64,000 nucleotides of DNA from Cyanidioschyzon merolae (Eukaryota). The notes below the pieces were generated by a model. It did not search any database. It was not told the origin of the DNA and worked only from the letters and a program-made list of their open reading frames with translations. The stretch lies in the NCBI GenBank assembly GCA_000091205.1, contig AP006494.2. One strand, written 5' to 3'. The number at the start of each line of letters is the position of its first letter. Within the stretch, counting starts at the first letter, position 1. The translations under genes were made by a program, and so were the position numbers. Of this stretch, positions 45,612-58,282 are shown one piece after another.

Positions 45612-46946
45612 TTGTCGAATGAGCGCAGTGTCGCAGTTTACGCTCCGTTTTCTATGAGTGACACAATCCACCGGATAAAACACTTTTCTCGTGGCAGCCG
45701 TCGATGTTGCGTCGTGCTCCAGGATAAGAACGGGCCGTGTCCGCTGGTAGCACTGACGAACACCCTCCTTTTACGGGGAAGCCTGGCCCCTTTTCCTGCG
45801 GACATGGAGTACGTTTCGAGCGACTGGCTCTGCAACGTTCTCGCTGAATACCTTTTCGAAAAGCAAATACCGGCTTTGAGCGCGAACGCTGACCGGGTCG
45901 CTGACCTTGAATATGGCGTTGCGGACGTTGTCCAGCTTCTCCCGGTGCTTCAGCACGGCATGGATGTGAATGTCGGGTTCAGGGACTGCACGGATTACGA
46001 GCTAACTGCAGAGACGACCCTTTTTGACGTTTTTGGGGTCCTTCTGCTTCACGGATGGCTCGCTGACCCCTCGGACCAAGACGCCTACGAAGCGGTGTCA
46101 AGACGGCGCTATAACGCAGCGCTGGAAGTGCTCTTGCAGCACCCGACAGACGCGTTATCGCAGATGTGCTCGGAATCGGAGCCGGGAGCATCGGCAAACC
46201 TGGATGTGCTTCGCTCGTCGCCAGAAATTGCTTCGGCGCAAGTGCGAACCGAGATCTTCGCGAAAACTGCTCGCGCCGCAATATCCACAGATCGTGCCGC
46301 GGGAACACGTTCAACGGTCGAGAGCAATCCCTCTTGCCAGACGAGGCGCACTGCCGCAACGATGTCTCCAACTAAGGAGGCTCAAGAAGCTGAAGAATCC
46401 GAACGAGGAGCGGAAGCAGCTCATATACGCCGCTTCATAGAGAACTCGCCGACGCAGCTTACGTATCGGGGGTTGATTCGCCTGCATGAAATTCTGCGCG
46501 AGGGCGAGTATGCAGTGTTCTTCCGAAACAATCACTTTTCCACCATAACGAAGCACGACGGTGTCCTCTACGTGCTCGTGACCGACGAGGGCCTGGCCAT
46601 GACTCGAGGGGTGTTTTGGGAACGATTCGATGACCTGGATGGGGATACGGTGTTTGTCGATGAGAACTGGGAGCCGGCGAATGCAGCACGATGCATGCCA
46701 GACGCTCTCGAAAGCGCCTCAGCAGCGAACCGCTCTGCAGCGCATCGGACTCAGACCGGCCCTGTCGCAGGCGAGCGGTATGCAAAAGACCCAGCGATGC
46801 GTGCTTTTTCGCCGCCACGCCAGAAACCGGACGCCTCAGCGGGAACTTGGACGCCAAAAGCGCTAAAACCAACCTCACAGAAAAAGACAGCAGCTACAAC
46901 GTGTGCGGGTCAGTCGCCAAGGCACTCTCGGTGCAGCGTGCAATGA
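45612..46946 (+). CDS. MINDY-family (FAM63/DUF544) Lys48-specific deubiquitinase
   Basis: The translation matches MINDY-1/2 blocks: VVLQDKNGPCPLVALTNTLLLRGS, LQHGMDVNVGF, LLHGWLADP and QLTYRGLIRLHEILREGEYAVFFRNNHFSTITKHDGVLYVLVTDEGL. Confidence 0.8.
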   Translation: MSNERSVAVYAPFSMSDTIHRIKHFSRGSRRCCVVLQDKNGPCPLVALTNTLLLRGSLAPFPADMEYVSSDWLCNVLAEYLFEKQIPALSANADRVADLEYGVADVVQLLPVLQHGMDVNVGFRDCTDYELTAETTLFDVFGVLLLHGWLADPSDQDAYEAVSRRRYNAALEVLLQHPTDALSQMCSESEPGASANLDVLRSSPEIASAQVRTEIFAKTARAAISTDRAAGTRSTVESNPSCQTRRTAATMSPTKEAQEAEESERGAEAAHIRRFIENSPTQLTYRGLIRLHEILREGEYAVFFRNNHFSTITKHDGVLYVLVTDEGLAMTRGVFWERFDDLDGDTVFVDENWEPANAARCMPDALESASAANRSAAHRTQTGPVAGERYAKDPAMRAFSPPRQKPDASAGTWTPKALKPTSQKKTAATTCAGQSPRHSRCSVQ

Positions 46947-47482
46947 TTGTGCTGCAGAAAGGAGGGCATGCATACAAGTTTATGCTTTGCGCTGAGTCGA
47001 TGCAAGGTTGCTGGTTAGGCGCGTCGTGCCAGCATCCAGATACATTTGTTATCGAGAGCAGATGCTCTGGCGCAAGCCATGCACTGAAACGAAATCGTTG
47101 CCAAACCGTGATCTCCCGTGTGCGTCACCTGTTGTGGTGACACCGTCGGAAATGAGTGCAATCGCGTGAAACTCGTTTCTCTTTCAAGAACGGAATCGCG
47201 TGCCGTTTACGCAGCGCCCACGCGCCTCGCATGCAGCAGTTTCGTCGTCTCCAAAGCGATGGTGAGTCATGCATCACGCTTCACGCGGAATGCAACACAG
47301 CCTGAGCATAACTTGTACCCCGCTGTGGTGTGTCGTGCGCGAAACTGCCTTCACTCACTGACGTCGCGACGAGCAGTCCGTGGTGTGCGTACACGGATCA
47401 TGAGCAAGCCCCAGCTCAGAGTAAAATGGAACAGGTCCACTGAGCTAACTCGTGTATAGACGCTCAAGTTTGTGTCTATTTT

Positions 47483-48112
47483 CACTGCCATGAACACCAG
47501 CATCTGGAAACTATGTCCGCGACTGCTTCCTGTTCCTGTATTGCGCATCACCGGCTTTGACGACGCCGGTCGCGCCAGTCCGCCCGCCTCTATTCTCAAC
47601 AGTCGAAGGATGCTGAAAACAGCGTCCGCGTTCCGATTTCGCCGTTCACCGCTGCTTCCGGCACATCGCATACACACACAAATACGGAGATCTACGCTAG
47701 CCGTGTCATTTCCATCTTGGTTGCATACAGCCTCGGTACGCGCTTCACAGCGCCGACACCGCGCTGTGGTTACCTGCACTCATTCGTTCTCTGCACGTCG
47801 ACCTGCGTCGAAGACCACCCTGTGGCGCGTGAACGCTCGCTTCATCGCTCGGCACACGCCGCTCACGAGTGTAGAACGCTCAGCTCGATACACACCTCGA
47901 TAGCAGCGCCCAGAGCTGCACACACTACAAGTACAGGCCTCCTCTGGGCGATCTGCTACGTGCGTACTCTATCCGCTACAGGTGCAAGCGCACGGTGTTC
48001 GATTCGATAGACAATTCGTGTACTGCGATATTGTCCATGATCAAAGAGGTGATCGGAAATCCAGTCCAGACTGGAGAACAAGTCGACACGTTTCGATCGG
48101 TCTATAGTCCTT
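47483..48112. repeat. About 630-bp dispersed repeat, copy 1 (direct repeat of 59466..60086, about 97% identical)
   Basis: Both copies run from cactgccatgaacaccagcatctggaaactatgtccgcgac... to ...caagtcgacacgt(t/c)t(c/t)gatcggtctatagtcctt. Their internal ORFs are near-identical (47351..47779 vs 59363..59752). Flanks diverge at both ends. I see no obvious terminal inverted repeat or target-site duplication. Confidence 0.85.
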
Positions 48113-48249
48113 CTGTGGATCACGGTGACGGACGTTTCACTGGAATGAGTCGCAAGGATGGCTCACGTCCGAGCCCAGGGCCCTTTTTCCGCGCAAACGC
48201 ACGCGACGGGATCCTCGAGGGGGCAGCGTATCCCCCGGGAGCTACGAAG

Positions 48250-48280
48250 CTGCCGCTGCTGCTGCTGCTGCTGCTTCCGC
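48250..48280. repeat. (GCT)n trinucleotide microsatellite
   Basis: The run gctgccgctgctgctgctgctgctgcttccgcttgcc is visible. Confidence 0.8.
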
Positions 48281-48960
48281 TTGCCGTTTCGTTGATGGTC
48301 ACATCAATCGGAGGATATGTCATTCGAGTGGACTCGATAATTTGGCGAGACGAGCATAGAGACCGTTCAGCATGAGCTTGTGAACGAGGCGCCAACGGAC
48401 GACGTCGATTTTTTGTTTCTGTCGTCCATCCAGCGGAACGATTTGCTGCACCCACAAGTTGCCTTGAAACCGAAATATCGAGAACCTGAAAAATGCGCCA
48501 TTTCAGCATGCCACATGCCAGCAAAGGGCGAAGCGTCTGTACTGGTACGTATGCATTTGATAATGATATCGTTTAGGTTACGAAGCGCTGTTCGAGTGCG
48601 TTGCGAAATCATCTCGATTCTGATGAAGTCGGGAATTCCAGTGGCAGAGACAAAACACAGTCATTTCGACGAGACGACCGAGACTCCTTCTAACACCTAT
48701 GAATCTATACGCCCTTAGCATTGCGTGTTGAATGCCGATGCCGAATGCCTCCAAAAAAAACACAGGTTCGGAAAAAGCGAAATCCAGAAAGAGCCTAACC
48801 ATTGCACTCTCCCATATCATCTGATGCTGGTGAAGACGCACTGGTGCGACGCCCAGCGCTCCCGCTCATCTCCATGACCGGTCATCCGCTGTGAAGTCAA
48901 TCTCGAATGCGGGTCCATTGCTGTCACCATATCCATTGTTTACAAACGATTATCAGAACC

Positions 48961-51900
48961 TTAAGACGAGATCGGTTCTTTGACATCTCGACTCGCGGCC
49001 GGTGCAACGCGACGCAGTTTATTGGCAGCACGTTCCATGCCTCGACGGATTTGCTCCGAGATCTCCTTGTACTTGGGATGGTACTCTTGGAGGGATTTCA
49101 CTTCCAGCGTCTGACTCTGCATGGTGCGAATTGCCGCAGCTGCCGCTCGTGCCGCTGCGATGGTTGTGATGATGGGTACCTTGGTCATCAGCGCCGCGCG
49201 ACGAACGTTCCGAGCAGAGTCCGCAGGCACCGACGGCGTGATGATGAACAGATCGATATCGCCGTTCTTGATGGCGTCGAGAACATCGGGACGCCCTTCG
49301 CCGGCCTTGTGAATCATCTCTACTCGAGCGTCATCGATACCAGCAGCGACTAGCGCAGCGTGTGTGCCTCGGGTGGCCAGAACTCGAAAGCCCATATCCA
49401 GCAAGTCGCGAACGAGCGCCGGAGCTGCTGCTTTGTCTGCGTCCTTCAACGATAGCAGCACCGTGCCAGACTTGGGTAGCGGCGTTCCGGCAGCAGCCTG
49501 GGACTTTGCATAAGCCGCTCCAAAAGAGTAGTCGGTGCCCATGACTTCACCAGTCGAGCGCATCTCTGGACTCAGAAGGGTATCGGCGCCAGCAAATTTG
49601 TCGAATGGTAGCACGCTCTCTTTCACAGATATCGCTCGCGGGAGAATCTCCGTCGTGTACCCGAGTTCGTCGAGGTTCGCACCCGCCATCAGCATACTGG
49701 CGATCTTGGCAATCGGTACGCCGATCGCTTTGCTCACGAAGGGTACGGTGCGCGAGGCCCGGGGATTCGCCTCCAAAATATAGACGTCGCTGCCCTGGAC
49801 TGCCCACTGGATATTGATCAAACCCACGACCTGGAGGCGACGAGCGAGCGCTGCAGTCCACTGACGAATCTGCACCAGCACCTCATACGGCAGGGACACG
49901 GTGGGTATGCTGCACGCGCTGTCCCCACTGTGGATTCCCGCCTGCTCAATGTGCTCCATGATACCGCCGATAACCACGCGTCCGGTGGAGTCTGCGAGCG
50001 CATCGACATCCACCTCTGTCGCATTAAGGAGGAATTTGTCGATCAGGACAGGATGCTCGGATTCCACGACGACCTCTTCGGCCATGTACCGTTCGAGCTC
50101 ACTTGCGGAATAAACGATCTCCATTCCTCGACCGCCGAGAACATAGGAAGGCCGCACCACAACCGGGTACCCGATTTCCTCAGCAACGCGCTTGGCATCC
50201 TGGTAGCTGCGGGCAATGCCATTCTCTGGCTGGCGAATGCGCAGCTCGCGCAGTATCGCCTGGAACCGATCCCGATCCTCGGCTGCGTCGATCGAGTCCG
50301 GACTGGTGCCCAGAACCCGCGTGTACACACCTGCAGCTTTCGCTTCGTCGCTGTTCAGGTATTCTTGCAGAGGAACAGCGAGCCTCAGTGGAGTCTGCCC
50401 GCCGAACGTAAGAATGATGCCATCCGGCTTCTCCGCTTCAAGGATCGAGATAACATCCTCCAGTGTGAGCGGCTCAAAGTAGAGGCGATCGCTGGTATCG
50501 TAGTCGGTCGATACGGTCTCGGGATTCGAGTTCACCATAATGGTTTCAAAACCTGCATCGCGGAGCGCAAAGCAAGCCTGACAACACACATAATCGAACT
50601 CGATGCCTTGCCCGATGCGATTCGGACCACCTCCGAGGATTATGATTTTCGGCTTGCTCGGGTCCGAGGGTGGAACCTCGGATTCCATCCCAGCAGCGAT
50701 AAAACTTCCATGGAAGCTGGATCCATCGCCTGTGGTGCCGTCGCTGCGCAGATCGAGGACACTGCCCCCGGTGGTACTGCCATCGCCATTGCCCCCGACA
50801 GCGTCATCGTCCCAGGCGTTGCAGGACTCGTACGTTGAGTACAGGTACGGCGTGTAGGCCTCAAACTCTGCACTGCAGGTATCGACCCGTTTGTAGACAG
50901 GGCGGATACCCAGAGATTTGCGATAGCGACGGACCTCAGTCTCTGTAACGCCCAGCTTGCGAAGTGCAAAGGCTATTTGTCGATCACTGAAGCCGTTCCG
51001 CTTCAACGTGAACATGGTGAGCCGATCGATATCTTGAAGCGATTTTTTGCTGCGCAGCGATTCGCCCAAATCAAAGAGTTCCTTCATGTTCTGCAGGAAC
51101 CAGTGATCGTAGCTGGAAAGCGCGTTGATCTCGTCTACGGTCATGCCAGCCTGGAAGGCCTGCCGAACTCGAAAGATGCGATTCGGCCGCGGTATGCGCA
51201 GCGCTGCCTCGAGCTCAGTTCGAGATAGAACCTCTTCGTCTTTGGCGTCAAGGCCCCAGCCGTGTCGCCCAATCTCGAGGGAGCGAAGACCTTTCTGAAA
51301 TGACTCCTTAAAGCTACGCCCGATCGACATGGCTTCCCCAACGGATTTCATCTGCGTTGTCAGGACGTCGCTCGTTCCGGGGAACTTTTCGAACGCAAAG
51401 CGCGGAAATTTGCACACTATATAATCCAGAGCTGGTTCAAAAGCTGCAACGGTGTCTCGCGTTATGTCATTTTTGATTTCCGGTAAAGAGAGGCCAGTTG
51501 CCAACTTTGCAGCGACCTTCGCAATCGGATACCCGGTTGCTTTGGATGCTAGGGCCGAGGAGCGGCTCACTCGAGGATTCATTTCGATCACGATTACATT
51601 CGTGGTACGCGGACAGACCGCAAACTGGATGTTGCTGCCGCCGGTCTCGACACCAATCTCGCGAATGATTGCGATTGACATGTCGCGCAGGCGCTGATAC
51701 TCCTTGTCGGTGAGCGTCATCGTTGGCGCCACCGTGAAGCTATCCCCCGTGTGAATACCCATGGGATCGACGTTCTCAATGCTGCAGATTATAACGACGT
51801 TATCCATCTTATCCCGAACAACTTCAAGCTCGAATTCTTTCCAACCCAAGAGAGACTGTTCGACTAATATCTGCGAGACGGGAGAGGCCTCGAGACCGCC

Positions 51901-52911
51901 AGCGGCAATTTCCTCGAACTCCTCGCGATTGTAGGCGATGCCACCGCCAGTGCCGCCCAGTGTGTACGCTGGTCGGATGATAAGCGGGAAACGACCTATC
52001 TGTGCAGCAACAGCCCTGGCCTCCTCCATGTTGTTTGCGATGCCACTGGGGCAGCACGGTACATCGATCCGTTCCATGGCTTCACGAAATGCTAAGCGAT
52101 CTTCGCCTTTCCGGATCGCCTCCAGATTCGCACCGATTAGACGCACATTGTACTTCTCGAGGATGCCTTTTTTGGCAAGTTGCATCGCCATATTGAGGCC
52201 GGTTTGGCCACCCATGGTTGGGAGAAGCACCTGCGGGCGCTCTCGCTCGATGATCATTTCCAAAGCCTCCACCGTGATCGGCTCGATGTAAGTTCGGTCA
52301 GCGGTTTCCGGATCAGTCATAATCGACGCCGGATTGCTGTTCACGAGCACAACTTCGTATCCAAGAGAACGCAGCGCCTTGCATGCTTGCGTCCCTGAGT
52401 AATCAAACTCGCATGCTTGCCCTATACGGATCGCTCCAGAACCAATGACAAGCACTTTGTCAAAGTCCCGTTCTCTGTCTTTCGGAGGGAGGACGTCCAA
52501 CCACGGCGGTGTTGGAGGTCCGACGTTCATCCAGCGTTTGTGACCATCGACACCCTCCATGCGCAACCCGTATGAACCAGTGGGACCGGCTCGTGAGCGT
52601 TTTTTGAATTGCGGCACCGGTGCAAACGTAGAGGCTCCGAAGAACAAGTTCTCGCCGCTGAAACTTGTAGCGCCCGGTGCTGCGACATAGAGGCGCCTTC
52701 CCCTTTGACCCGTGGGCCTCGCTTTTCTGGAAGCTGACCCGCATCGCCCGTGAGCCGTTGCGGCCCTTCTGTCTATGGATACGACACCGGTTTGGTGTTG
52801 CACAAAGGCCACCGACCGTTGCGAGGGAGACGCCCGCTTTCCATCCGCTTCTCCCGGAACAACGAACAAGAAGCGGTTCTTACGGGCACTGCTGCAGTTG
52901 ATCGTTTGCAT
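48961..52911 (-). CDS. Carbamoyl-phosphate synthase large subunit (CarB-type, standalone), with an S/T/R-rich N-terminal extension that is either a transit peptide or an over-extended ORF. The conserved core starts near 52430.
   Basis: The two ATP-grasp halves are present: [30 protein letters not shown] and [30 protein letters not shown]. An oligomerisation domain and a C-terminal MGS-like domain ([15 protein letters not shown]...) are present. The 1316-aa ORF is uninterrupted. Confidence 0.9.
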   Translation of the reverse strand: MQTINCSSARKNRFLFVVPGEADGKRASPSQRSVAFVQHQTGVVSIDRRAATAHGRCGSASRKARPTGQRGRRLYVAAPGATSFSGENLFFGASTFAPVPQFKKRSRAGPTGSYGLRMEGVDGHKRWMNVGPPTPPWLDVLPPKDRERDFDKVLVIGSGAIRIGQACEFDYSGTQACKALRSLGYEVVLVNSNPASIMTDPETADRTYIEPITVEALEMIIERERPQVLLPTMGGQTGLNMAMQLAKKGILEKYNVRLIGANLEAIRKGEDRLAFREAMERIDVPCCPSGIANNMEEARAVAAQIGRFPLIIRPAYTLGGTGGGIAYNREEFEEIAAGGLEASPVSQILVEQSLLGWKEFELEVVRDKMDNVVIICSIENVDPMGIHTGDSFTVAPTMTLTDKEYQRLRDMSIAIIREIGVETGGSNIQFAVCPRTTNVIVIEMNPRVSRSSALASKATGYPIAKVAAKLATGLSLPEIKNDITRDTVAAFEPALDYIVCKFPRFAFEKFPGTSDVLTTQMKSVGEAMSIGRSFKESFQKGLRSLEIGRHGWGLDAKDEEVLSRTELEAALRIPRPNRIFRVRQAFQAGMTVDEINALSSYDHWFLQNMKELFDLGESLRSKKSLQDIDRLTMFTLKRNGFSDRQIAFALRKLGVTETEVRRYRKSLGIRPVYKRVDTCSAEFEAYTPYLYSTYESCNAWDDDAVGGNGDGSTTGGSVLDLRSDGTTGDGSSFHGSFIAAGMESEVPPSDPSKPKIIILGGGPNRIGQGIEFDYVCCQACFALRDAGFETIMVNSNPETVSTDYDTSDRLYFEPLTLEDVISILEAEKPDGIILTFGGQTPLRLAVPLQEYLNSDEAKAAGVYTRVLGTSPDSIDAAEDRDRFQAILRELRIRQPENGIARSYQDAKRVAEEIGYPVVVRPSYVLGGRGMEIVYSASELERYMAEEVVVESEHPVLIDKFLLNATEVDVDALADSTGRVVIGGIMEHIEQAGIHSGDSACSIPTVSLPYEVLVQIRQWTAALARRLQVVGLINIQWAVQGSDVYILEANPRASRTVPFVSKAIGVPIAKIASMLMAGANLDELGYTTEILPRAISVKESVLPFDKFAGADTLLSPEMRSTGEVMGTDYSFGAAYAKSQAAAGTPLPKSGTVLLSLKDADKAAAPALVRDLLDMGFRVLATRGTHAALVAAGIDDARVEMIHKAGEGRPDVLDAIKNGDIDLFIITPSVPADSARNVRRAALMTKVPIITTIAAARAAAAAIRTMQSQTLEVKSLQEYHPKYKEISEQIRRGMERAANKLRRVAPAASRDVKEPISS

Positions 52912-53199
52912 CAGACCACAGATCGGAAACCAAACTCCTGAAGTACCGCTTCAGTCTGTCAGCGGCGAGTCTGAACGAACTGTTCTCAACAGAAGGTTTT
53001 CCATGACCAACGGTTGGCTGCGCGATGAGGCCACTGGCGTCTACCACAGCAGCGAGTCTCATTTGTCGCAATTGCGCCGTTGTGTTGCGAATGAAGTGCC
53101 GGACGATCTAGGGCGACGGCGGCGTTTCGGCAGCGTCGATACGCCCGTGGATGCCCAGCGCGCGCTCCAATGAGCTTTCGGATCTGCATGCGCTGTTTC

Positions 53200-53750
53200 T
53201 CGTTTTTCAATTCCATTGCGTTCCACCCGCCGGTGTGTGTTATCAGATGCTCTTTCGCTGTTTATAGCAAACGTGTTCGATGTTCGTTCATGTGAAGACC
53301 TAAAAAATCCAAGGGAAAACGATGGACATGAAAATCGGAGATCCTGGGACCCGGTCACGCCGGCTGCAGGAAAAACACGCAAAAATTCCTACGCTCGCCG
53401 ACTATCGAGCGATGCAACGGAAGAACAAGCAGAACGGAGATATGAGAGAAAAAGAGTTTGCCCGACGAGACGATTTGGAGGCAGTAGTGACAATGTGGGC
53501 ACGAGCTCTAGGAATCCTCGCGTTGGTGAGTGCAACCAGAGGCAATAGACGCATAGAGTTGGAAAGCGAGACCACAACCCCGCCATCAACACCGGACGAC
53601 GCGTGGTGCGGAAGAAAAGACCCGAGGAGCTGACGCGATCGAACCTCGTGGACAGCCTTTCAGGATCGAAGTATATAGGCCGAAACTGAAGCTTATAGCA
53701 GGCAGCCAGTCCGAAAAGTTAGGGAGGCGTCCACGAGAGGATGTACATAT
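53200..53750 (+). repeat. 5'-truncated paralogous fragment (copy C) of the Fanzor/TnpB-like element family
   Basis: The region 53560-53740 aligns with copy A 6540-6690 (...agacccgaggagctgac.cga.cgaac.t.gtgg.cagc.t.tcagg.tcgaag...gaaactgaagctta.agca...aaaag.t.gggaggcgtc...). Its translation contains DHNPAINTGRRVVRKKRPEELTRSNLVDSLSGSKYI*, aligned against copy A's DLDFNAGIDIRGYEVLARRPEELTRANFVGSFSGSKRTRRN*. A further 350 bp upstream align with copy B. Confidence 0.5.
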
Positions 53751-54305
53751 TTACCCTCTACGATCGTGAAACGTGATTCGTTTTAATGATCACATCTGTT
53801 GCTTGGGGTCAAGAATCCATTTTTTAGCGAAGACTTGTATCGTGTAAGCTATGCAGGAATACGTTTTCATAGAATTGTATGGAGCACGTTGACGACAACC
53901 GTTGTGCTGACCTGAGAGGGACGGAATTCGCGGAAAATGGCTTGGATTTTTATCCAGGTGTACTTACGATCCCCCGTCTGAGCGGATGGAACGTAGTTGA
54001 ACTGCTCAGCATTTGCGGGCGTACTTGCGCCGAGGGGGAGCTCCAATCCTACGCATCAATTCCATGTTAGACGAGTTGCAATATGCCGGCGGGTGAAGTT
54101 CTGACCCAGGACCATGAAATAAGCAAAGACTTGACAACAAGTGTCCATTCAAGCGATGACCAGGGAAGAGATCCGATTTCCTCCGTGGGCGCCAGTTCGA
54201 TCGAGGTTGTCGGAAACGTGCTTACCTGAACGAGGCCATGCGTCGGCCCCGTAACCAGGGCCAAAGCACGTCGTTTCAAGGCCTGCAGTGGAGAGCGCGC
54301 TCCGA

Positions 54306-54580
54306 CCCCCGGTCTTCGGGACCGTCAGTCGTCGAAGCCGCCCCCGTCTTTTTCATGCAATGCTCCTGCATGGCTTTGATAGTGATGCAAGCTTGAAGCT
54401 CAGTGCGACGTCGAATGCCCCGACACGTCTGCTTTGCGCGAACCCCCGGTCTGCGGGAGCGGCAGTCGTCGAAGCCGCCCCCGTCTTTTTCATGCAATGC
54501 TCCTGCATGGCGTTGATAGTGATGCAAGCTTGAAGCTCAGTGCGACGTCGAATGCCCCGACACATCTACTTTGCACGATC
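54306..54580. repeat. Tandem repeat of 2 x 137 bp
   Basis: The unit cccccggtct[t/g]cggga(c/g)cg(t/g)cagtcgtcgaagccgcccccgtctttttcatgcaatgctcctgcatggc[t/g]ttgatagtgatgcaagcttgaagctcagtgcgacgtcgaatgccccgacac is repeated head-to-tail with about 95% identity. The repeat produces duplicated spurious ORFs (54276..54527 and 54353..54565). Confidence 0.85.
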
Positions 54581-55783
54581 GAAAGTGCTGCGCTTCCCCG
54601 CAGCCGCTGCGCAGCGATGCGAAGCGGCACGTTGCATGCCTGGGTGCCGCCCGCGAGCCCCTTTCGGACCCATGGATCATTGGGCAGACTTGGATGCCCC
54701 CACATGCCGGATGCTTTCCGTCAGAACCCCGTACTCATACTGCAAGCGCGCCCGTGAGCCCGAACCTCGTGCAGCAGACGCTGTCGCCCATGTGCACCTA
54801 TTGGTGATGTGTCCGCGACAACAGCTAGGCTCGATGTCACCGCGGATGCAAGCTCGATGCTCGTCCGAATGCATTTCTGTTCCTGTGCGTATAGGGCTGG
54901 ATCACGTTCCGAATACATGGACGGGTGCCACAGACTGGAAAGCGTACTCTATTCAGGGCGATCTGTGCGCTATATTTTGAGTATGACGCACATCAGTCCC
55001 GGAGTCGTATGAAAAGCTCTAATGCGTTCGAAAACAGGCGGAAAAGGCTGATGGAAATCCGCCCGCGGACGCGATGCGCTCGGGCATTCGCCACAGAACA
55101 ATGCTTTCGCAACGGCGCCAACGTTTCACTGAGCACGACTCGAACGCAGAGCGTATATCGTAAAATTTCTTTGTCGCAAGCGCTGGCTTCGAGTAACGGA
55201 CCCTTGTCGACATCGAATACTCAGCTTTACGCTTCACGCTCTGTGCGATAGCAACTGAATGAATGTCCACCATTCGAAAACAAGCATGTCCAAACAGGCG
55301 TTTCCCGCACTCGTACATGAATGTGCAGCAACACAACAATGCAATCAGGTTCATGGAAGATATTCGCATCTACGCAAAAAGAATCATGTCTCGATCTGCA
55401 CCGCTGATCAGGTGCGACGATCGATACAAAGTGCGATCCGAGTACCCGGAATGCGTTCCGCGAGCCGGCGACCTTTGCAGCAATCCGGAAAAGCAACGAT
55501 CCTTGTCGGTCTGATGCTACGATCGATACAGAACGCGATTCGTGTATCAGAATCGCCATCTATGCATATGGCCCTGCGTGCGATCGAAAAACAAAGCAAC
55601 GATCAGCTTACGAGTCGCAGCCGGTATCACCTGAAACTCTGAGGCGCCGCCAGAGCTTGGCCACAGAACGTCGATTGCCCAATGCTGGAGATGCCGTCGA
55701 TGCTCGATCCCCAGAGGGCCGCACGCAACCGCTTTCAGCCAAGTCGTTCGACGAGCTCTGCCACAAGCAATCCGCCTCATGCG

Positions 55784-58282
55784 CTAGCGCGGCGCAGAAA
55801 CCCTGTCTTGTTCGATCCCAAAGATGGCTCGAATGCCTCGCAGCGTAGCGCGTTCCATCAGATTCGTGACAATGTCCATGAGCAAGCGCTTGCCCTCTCG
55901 TTTGGATCCAATCAATTGCAGAATGGGAAGGAATTTGCGACTGTCTACTGCATAGGGCAGGAGGAGCGATTGGATGCTCGGGGTCTCTGAGACACCGCGA
56001 ATGCTGCGTGCCAGAGCCGAATTCGCAAGCGCCAGCGAAAGCGCCTTTTGAAAATATATCATCGACTTGGTCGGTACCGGTCGTTTGCCTTGCAGTAACT
56101 GCGTGTTGTAGCTGACGGTGTCTAAAATAAGCTGATCAAACTCGTTGACCAGGTCTTCGGCCAAATGTCGACGGATAATATCACCGCGCGGACTCAGGAT
56201 GAATTCGAGAAGTTGGCTTGCAACAACGCTGAAGTCGTATTCAGAGGTCAGCGATGCTGAATCCAGCAGGCTCTCGAGGCGACTCCATCGAATACGGCCG
56301 TCCTTGAAAAGAAGCACGGACAGAGCGTTCTGAAGCTCTGGTGCGGGATCCGTCAGCAATCGCGATGCAATATACGGATACGCATTGTTGATGATCTTGA
56401 AATCTCGGCGGACTTGGATAGCGAGTCCCTCCAAAACGCCGAGGCAACGAATAATTGCTGTGTAATACGGAGGAAGGCGGAATGGAAACTTGTACATCAC
56501 TGAACCAAGCTTGTTGATTACCGACTTGAAGTTCAATTCGGATACCGAGGCATCCAGTACGTCCGGTAGAGCCCGATTCAGGGCAGCTACCAGTGGTGCA
56601 AGATCAGTATCAGGTGGAATGAAGCCTAATCTCACGTACAATCGGGCGAGTGATTCGAAATCTCGATTCACCATATGCATCACGGCCTCAATGATGCCAT
56701 AGCGTTGCGCTGGTTCTACTTCACTGACCATGCCAAAGTCAAGCCAGCACAGCTTGCCATCTCTCGTGGCGAGTAAATTACCCCCGTGCGGATCGGCGTG
56801 AAAGAAACCGTTCTCAAGCATCTGGCGCAGAGAACACTGAACCATGATCTCTACGAGTTTCTGCGCTTGGGCGTCGCTCAAACAGGGCGAGTTCAGGCGA
56901 ACTCCGTCCACCCAAGACAGGGTTACGACGCGGCGACGGGTGTACTGCCAGTAGATCTTGGGCACGACAACATCCGGGAGCGAGCCGTATAATTCCCGGA
57001 AACGTTCCGCATTCCGTGCTTCGTTCAGGTAATCGATCTCTTCGAAAATCAACTTGCCCAGTTCGTCGATGATGGAGACGAGATTGATATCTCGCCGCAG
57101 GAATGTCAGCATACGACTTAGGATGCCGCTCAATTCGCGGAGAATGTAGATATCCAGCGATATGATTTTCTCACAATCCGGTCTCTGGACTTTCACCGCA
57201 ACCGGCGTATCCTTTCCATCTCGTAGATATGCCTTGTACACCTGTCCTATGGATGCCGCAGCAACCGGTTCAGGTTCGATTCGAGAAAATATCTCATGAA
57301 CAGGTGCCTGCAACTCTTCCTCTATGATTCGATATGCATCCTCATTCTTGAAAGGTGGCAGGCGATCTTGCAACTTTTGCATCTCATCGAGATATTCGGG
57401 AGGCAGGAGATCGGGGCGGGACGCCAGCGCTTGTCCGGCCTTGATGAACGCAGGTCCCAAGTTTGAAAAAATCTGCAAAAATTCCGCAGCACGAATCTTT
57501 CTTCTCTCCTGCTCTTTTCCCATCTGGATGTCTAGAACCACTCGACCTATGAACACGAAAAGTGGTGCCGCGATTCGCGCCTGCCTTGTGCGGACAAGCA
57601 ACGTCTGCCGAGCATACTTCTCGCGCAACCGCTCTGGGTCGTATCGAACCGCAGGCGCCGCTGACTTGACGATGGTCTCGTAGTTCCAGGCGCTTGCGTC
57701 GTTCCCACGAGCGTCCATATGCATGCTGGCCCGCTCTTCGACACGTTTTATGATAGACCGTTCAAAATCCGCCGTCTGAAGAGGAGCCGCAACAGACGCC
57801 CTGCCTGTCAAGGCGGTGCTCGACTGTCTCGCGGTTTCACGCACGAGCTGGAGGGCACGCTGCGCCTCCAACAGGCGCCAGGAGCCAGTAGGCACCGTGT
57901 CTGCGTTGTGCTCGGGCACGTGGTTGGAGCTCGAACTGCCTGCACCTGGGGATGTGGGCCCTGCTACGCTCGCGCGTTCCGTTGCAATCATATACAGTCG
58001 ACGCGAATTGTAGACTCTTCGGTGACAGTTGCCTAGACCTGACTGACTGTACGGTCGCTCTTGATAAAGTCGACGTCCAAGCTCGCAATGCGCCCCAGGC
58101 GACGTTCCTGTCGGCAAAAATAGCCGCTGGATGCCGCTGAACTGGACGAAAAGCAGATAAAACCGACGCGAGTGACTACTCAGTGAACGAGTTGCATGCG
58201 CCATAGCACTGTCTTCACTGTTGAAACAAGGAAGCAACCGCTCGTGAGCCGAGTCAATCAACATATTGATCGACCTAGGCAC
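55784..58282 (-). CDS. ABC1/ADCK (UbiB-family) atypical protein kinase, resembling the plastid/mitochondrial ABC1K type
   Basis: ABC1-domain motifs are present: QIFSNLGPAFIKAGQALASRPDLLPPEY, ASIGQVYKAYLRDGKDTPVAVKVQRPD, FFHADPHGGNLLATRDGKLCWLDFGM and a following APH-like C-lobe. Confidence 0.8.
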   Translation of the reverse strand: MPRSINMLIDSAHERLLPCFNSEDSAMAHATRSLSSHSRRFYLLFVQFSGIQRLFLPTGTSPGAHCELGRRLYQERPYSQSGLGNCHRRVYNSRRLYMIATERASVAGPTSPGAGSSSSNHVPEHNADTVPTGSWRLLEAQRALQLVRETARQSSTALTGRASVAAPLQTADFERSIIKRVEERASMHMDARGNDASAWNYETIVKSAAPAVRYDPERLREKYARQTLLVRTRQARIAAPLFVFIGRVVLDIQMGKEQERRKIRAAEFLQIFSNLGPAFIKAGQALASRPDLLPPEYLDEMQKLQDRLPPFKNEDAYRIIEEELQAPVHEIFSRIEPEPVAAASIGQVYKAYLRDGKDTPVAVKVQRPDCEKIISLDIYILRELSGILSRMLTFLRRDINLVSIIDELGKLIFEEIDYLNEARNAERFRELYGSLPDVVVPKIYWQYTRRRVVTLSWVDGVRLNSPCLSDAQAQKLVEIMVQCSLRQMLENGFFHADPHGGNLLATRDGKLCWLDFGMVSEVEPAQRYGIIEAVMHMVNRDFESLARLYVRLGFIPPDTDLAPLVAALNRALPDVLDASVSELNFKSVINKLGSVMYKFPFRLPPYYTAIIRCLGVLEGLAIQVRRDFKIINNAYPYIASRLLTDPAPELQNALSVLLFKDGRIRWSRLESLLDSASLTSEYDFSVVASQLLEFILSPRGDIIRRHLAEDLVNEFDQLILDTVSYNTQLLQGKRPVPTKSMIYFQKALSLALANSALARSIRGVSETPSIQSLLLPYAVDSRKFLPILQLIGSKREGKRLLMDIVTNLMERATLRGIRAIFGIEQDRVSAPR

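Noticed and set aside
52430-52911. N-terminal 160 residues of the CarB ORF as a fused glutaminase (CarA) domain
   Set aside because: The extension is too short and is low-complexity S/T/R/A-rich with no amidotransferase motifs. It is more likely a transit peptide or a non-coding 5' extension of the ORF.
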